This document shows positions 62,051 through 64,000 of a DNA stretch of 64,000 nucleotides, piece by piece; the stretch's first letter is position 1; each line of letters opens with the position of its first letter. The notes under the pieces were generated by a model. It had not been told where the DNA came from. It saw nothing but the letters and a program-made list of their open reading frames with translations, and did not search any database. The translations under genes were made by a program, and so were the position numbers. This stretch comes from Eledone cirrhosa (taxonomy: Eukaryota), in contig OZ024743.1 of assembly GCA_964016885.1 (NCBI GenBank), positions 135,036,001-135,100,000 of the forward strand, in the 5' to 3' direction.

Positions 62051-64000
62051 AGGCGTTTGGTGTTTGGTGCTTGGTGCTTGGTGTTAGGTTCTTGGTGCTT
62101 GGTGCTTGTTGTTTGGTGCTTGGTGCTTGGTGCTTGGTGTTTGGTGCTTGGTGCTTGGTGTTTGGTGTTTGTTGTTTGGTGCTTGGTACTTGGTGTTTTG
62201 TGTTTGGTGTTTGGTGATTGGTGCTTGGTGTTTGGTGCTTGGTGCTAGGTGCTTGGTGCTTGGTGCTTGGTGTTTGGTGTTTAGTGCTTGGTGCTTGGTA
62301 TTTGGTGTTTGGTGCTTGGTGCTTGGTGTTTGGTGTTTGGTGCTAGGTGCTTGGTATTTGGTGATTGGTGCTTGGTGCTTGGTGTTTGGTGCTCGGAGCT
62401 TGGTGCTTGGTGTTTGGTGCTTGGTGCTTGGTGTTTGGTCTTTGGCGCTTGGTGCTTGGTGTTTGGTGCTTGGTGCTTGGTGTTTGGTGATTGGCATTTG
62501 GTGTTTGGTGCTTGGTCCTTTGTGCTTGGTGCTTGGTTTTTGGTGTTTGGTGCTTGGTGCTTGGTATTTGGTGTTTGTTGATTGGTGCTTGGTGTCTGGT
62601 GCTTGGGGTTTGGTGCTTGGTGCTTGGTGTGTGGTGTTTGGTGTTTGGTGCTTGGTGCTTGGTGTTTGGTGTTTGGTGCTTGGTGCTTGGTGTTTGGTGT
62701 TTAGTGCTTGGTGCTTGGTTCTTGGTGTTTGGTGCTTGGTGCTTGGTGTTTGGTGTTTGGTGCTTGGTGCTTGGTGTTTGGTGTTTGGTGTTTGGTGCTT
62801 GGTGTTTGGTGTTTGGTGCTTGGTGCTTGCTGATTTGCGTTTGGTGTTTGGCGTTTGCTGTTTGGCGTTTGGTGTTTGGCATTTGATGTTTGGCGTTTGC
62901 TGTTTGGTGTTTGGTGTTTGGTGTTTGCTGGTTGCTGTTTGGTGTTTGGTGTTTGCTGTTTGCTCTTTGGTGTTTGGTGTTTGGTGTTTGCTGTTTGCTG
63001 TTTGCTGTTTGGTGTTTGGTGTTTGGTGTTTGGTGCTTGGTGCTTGGTGCTTGGTATTTGGGGCTTGGTGCTTGGTGTTTGGTGTTTGGCGCTTGGTGCT
63101 TGGTGTTTGGTGCTTGGTGCTTGGTGTTTGGTGCTTGGTGCTTGGTGCTTGGTGCTTGGTGTCTGGTGCTTGGTGATTGGTTCTTGGTGTTTGGTGCTTG
63201 GTGCTTGGTGCTTGGTGTTTGGTGTTTAGTGCTTGGTGCTTGGTGTTTGGTTTTTGGTGCTTGGTGCTTGGTGTTTGGTGTTTGGTTTTTGGTGCTTGCT
63301 GTTTGGCGTTTGGTTTTTGGTGCTTGCTGTTTGGTGTTTGGTGTTTGCTGTTTGCTGTTTGGTGTTTGGTGTTTGCTGTTTGGTGCTTGGTGCTTGGTGC
63401 TTTGTGTTTGTTGCTTGGTGCTTTGTGCTTGGTGCTTGGTGCTTGGTGCTTGGTGTTTGGTGTTTGTCGTTTGATGTTTAGCTATTTCTGTTTGGTGTTT
63501 GGTGTTTGGTGTTTACTGTTTGGTGTTTGGTTTTTGATGCTTGGTGTTTGATGCTTGGTGCTTGGTGCTTTGTGTTTGGTGTTTGGTGCCTGGTGCTTGG
63601 TGTTTGGTGCTTGGTGTTTGGTGCTTGGTGCTTGGTGCTTGGTGTTTGGTGTTTGGTGTTTGGTGCTTGGTGCTTGGTGCTTGGTGTTTGGTGCTTGGTG
63701 CTTGGTGCTTGTTGTTTGTACTTGGTGCTTGGTGCTTGGTGTTTGGTGCTTGGTTCTTGGTGTTTGGTGCTTGGTGCTTGGTGCTTGGTGTTTGGTGTTT
63801 GGTGCTTGGTGCTTGGTGCTTGGTGTTTGGTGCTTGGTGCTTGGTCTTTGGTGTTTGGTGTTTGATGCTTGGTGTTTGGTGCTTGGTGCTTGTTGTTTGT
63901 ACTTTGTGCTTGGTGCTTGGTGTTTGGTGCTTGGTTCTTGGTGTTTTGCGCTTGGTGCTTGGTGCTAGGTGGTTGGTGTTTGGTGCTTGGTGCTTGGTGT

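Larger units (their letters stand above)
1..64000 (+). repeat. Heptameric tandem satellite array (TTGGTGY)n, extending past both window ends
   Basis: Every line reads as 7-bp units of TTGGTGC or TTGGTGT with scattered variants (TTGCTGT, TTGGTGA, TTGGTAT, TTGATGT, TTTGTGC, TAGGTGC). No unique sequence or orientation switch was seen. The + strand is G/T-rich and nearly free of A. Confidence 0.99.

Noticed and set aside
132-63968. Hundreds of overlapping + strand hydrophobic ORFs (WCLVLGA repeats) resembling membrane proteins
   Set aside because: The same peptide appears in all three frames, starts are mostly alternative codons supplied by the repeat, and there is no unique domain or frame preference. 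This is a translation artefact of the heptamer.
1-64000. CRISPR array (recurrent landmark with variable intervening DNA)
   Set aside because: The intervening DNA is the same 7-mer repeat, 0.4-5 kb long, not unique spacers of about 30-40 bp. There is no leader and no cas gene.
1-64000. Direct product of a telomerase-like or defence reverse transcriptase
   Set aside because: No RT or template RNA gene is present in the window. Rare variants are copied in kb-long blocks, which needs DNA-templated duplication rather than reiterative copying of a short template.
1-64000. Pure sequencing or basecaller artefact, or simulated low-complexity sequence
   Set aside because: Variants show nested sharing among copies plus private differences and exact register arithmetic. 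Local mis-assembly of block order cannot be excluded without reads.
1-64000. 21 monomers = 147 bp, the nucleosome core length
   Set aside because: I saw no 147-bp periodicity among variants, so this is a numerical coincidence without supporting evidence.
1-64000. RIP or CpG deamination as the origin of the C/T polymorphism
   Set aside because: The variable C sits in a GCT context, neither CpG nor CpA, and transversions (G->C, G->T) are also common. The mechanism cannot be supported by eye.

Overview
The whole 64 kb window is one uninterrupted, single-orientation tandem array of a 7-bp repeat, consensus TTGGTGY (reverse complement RCACCAA), about 9,100 monomers (64000/7). TTGGTGC and TTGGTGT are finely interspersed as the two main types, a third type (TTGCTGT) forms clustered sub-domains, and rare point variants and 6-bp deletion monomers act as landmarks. 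I find no credible protein-coding gene, RNA gene, transposon or CRISPR array. The ORF track is an artefact: a stop-free 7-mer translates to the same 7-aa repeat in all three frames of each strand. The real structure lies above the monomer level. Variant landmarks reveal nested, in-register duplications (offsets of 56 bp to 3.6 kb in tandem, and about 6-45 kb dispersed) that are joined as a mosaic rather than as a fixed higher-order repeat. The simplest reading is eukaryotic-type simple satellite DNA (pericentromeric, subtelomeric or telomere-like) evolving by recombination or template switching. Organism and function cannot be determined from this window. Block boundaries were estimated by eye and from matching ORF-track offsets, so they are approximate.
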